Shown here piece by piece: positions 33,114-33,748 of a stretch of DNA of 33,748 nucleotides; positions within the stretch are counted from its first letter, which is position 1; the number at the start of each line of letters is the position of its first letter. Location of the stretch: the NCBI GenBank assembly GCA_017540385.1, contig JAFYBD010000096.1:1-33748 (forward strand). The letters are read 5' to 3'. The notes under the pieces were generated by a model. The model had not been told where the DNA came from, ran no database searches, and was given only the letters and a program-made list of their open reading frames with translations. Source of the DNA: Lentisphaeria bacterium. GTDB taxonomy: Bacteria > Verrucomicrobiota > Lentisphaeria > Victivallales > UBA1829. Made by a program: the position numbers and the translations under genes.

Positions 33114-33748
33114 ATGCCCGATTCCCTCTTCCCGGCATCCGCCATTCCTCCCGGCATCCGCACCGTCTGCGCTTCGTTCAGCGGCGGCGCGGACAGCCTG
33201 GCGCTGTTGTTGAGCCTGAAGTCACTGCACGACGCCGGGGCGGAGTGGGAGTTGCGCGCCGTTCATTTCGAACACGGCATCCGGGGCGACGAGAGCCTCG
33301 CCGATGCGGCGTTCTGCCGCAGGACCTGCCGGGCCCTGCATGTGCCGCTGAAGATCGTGCCGCTTGACGTGCCTGCTCACCTGGAGCCGGGCGAAGGCGT
33401 CGAGGCGGCCGCGCGGCGTTTGCGTCAGTCCGCCTGGCGCACCCTCGCGGGCCCCGGTTCCGCCGTGGCGCTCGGGCACAATTCCGACGACCGGATCGAA
33501 TCGCTCTTCCTGCGTCTGATGCGGGGGTCGAACCTCTCCGGGCTGAACGCCCTGCATCCGGTCCGGGCATTTCAGGGCGTCGTGTGGCTCCGGCCGCTGC
33601 TGGAGGTATCGCGCGCCGAAATTGAGGCGTATCTGCGCCGATGCGGCGCGACGGCCTACCGGACCGATTCGACCAACCTCGAAAACGATTACGACCGGAA
33701 CAAGCTCCGAAACACGGTCCTGCCGGTCCTGTACCGGGAGTTTCCGCG
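33114..33748 (+). CDS. tilS: tRNA(Ile)-lysidine synthase, 3' end cut by the window edge (not in the ORF track)
   Basis: My hand translation from the ATG at 33114 gives MPDSLFPASAIPPGIRTVCASFSGGADSLALLLSL (PP-loop SGGxDS) ...LGHNSDDRIESLFLRLMRGS...RPLL...DSTN. The frame is open to the end of the window. Confidence 0.85.
   Translation, partial: MPDSLFPASAIPPGIRTVCASFSGGADSLALLLSLKSLHDAGAEWELRAVHFEHGIRGDESLADAAFCRRTCRALHVPLKIVPLDVPAHLEPGEGVEAAARRLRQSAWRTLAGPGSAVALGHNSDDRIESLFLRLMRGSNLSGLNALHPVRAFQGVVWLRPLLEVSRAEIEAYLRRCGATAYRTDSTNLENDYDRNKLRNTVLPVLYREFP

Noticed and set aside
1-33748. CRISPR arrays, rRNA genes, IS elements with terminal inverted repeats and a transposase, and prophage structural genes.
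   Set aside because: None was seen. The only repeats found are the 33-bp REP-like pair and the 87-bp valS duplication. No transposase-like or integrase-like ORF appears in any frame.

Overview
High-GC bacterial chromosomal window (about 60% G+C in hand counts of single 60-nt lines). No rRNA genes or CRISPR arrays are present. The taxon is unknown; a PVC-type organism (Kiritimatiellota or Lentisphaerota-like) is a speculative guess from gene content and the Ala/Lys/Glu-rich tails on the ribosomal proteins.

Core genes:
- A plus-strand cluster at 563-5894: lipoprotein, hypothetical, lepB, hypothetical, rmuC, dsbD.
- A MATE exporter.
- A short alpha operon, rpmJ-rpsM-rpsK-rpoA-rplQ, on the minus strand, with no rpsD and no infA.
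- hisG and an ArnT/PMT-like glycosyltransferase.
- valS.
- rpoN, whose stop overlaps the start of a 784-aa polytopic membrane protein.
- A radical-SAM gene, mntP and tRNA-Lys(CUU).
- An EptA-like phosphoethanolamine transferase, an ABC exporter, a thioredoxin, and the 5' part of tilS.

Accessory content (the interesting part):
1. A co-oriented minus-strand islet at 10633-13935 between the alpha operon and hisG. It holds an MNT antitoxin, a HepT toxin fused in frame to a second degenerate NTase domain, two tandem paralogous YceK/YidQ-like membrane-anchored proteins of unknown function, and a DinJ-YafQ pair.
2. A RelB-RelE module (16688-17210) whose toxin has an in-frame TAA at codon 13.
3. An AT-rich segment of about 2.8 kb (17408-20220) inserted at the 3' end of valS. 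It is bracketed by an 87-bp imperfect direct repeat of the valS terminus. It carries one large gene (Sel1-like repeat, about 300 aa of helical region, FGE-sulfatase/DUF323 domain). That gene's lipoprotein signal peptide is cut off by an in-frame TAA. About 0.9 kb of ORF-poor DNA follows, and no recombinase is present.

Many long ORFs in the supplied track are antisense shadows of real genes, as expected in high-GC DNA, and are not called. All homology statements come from reading motifs by eye. No database search was run.
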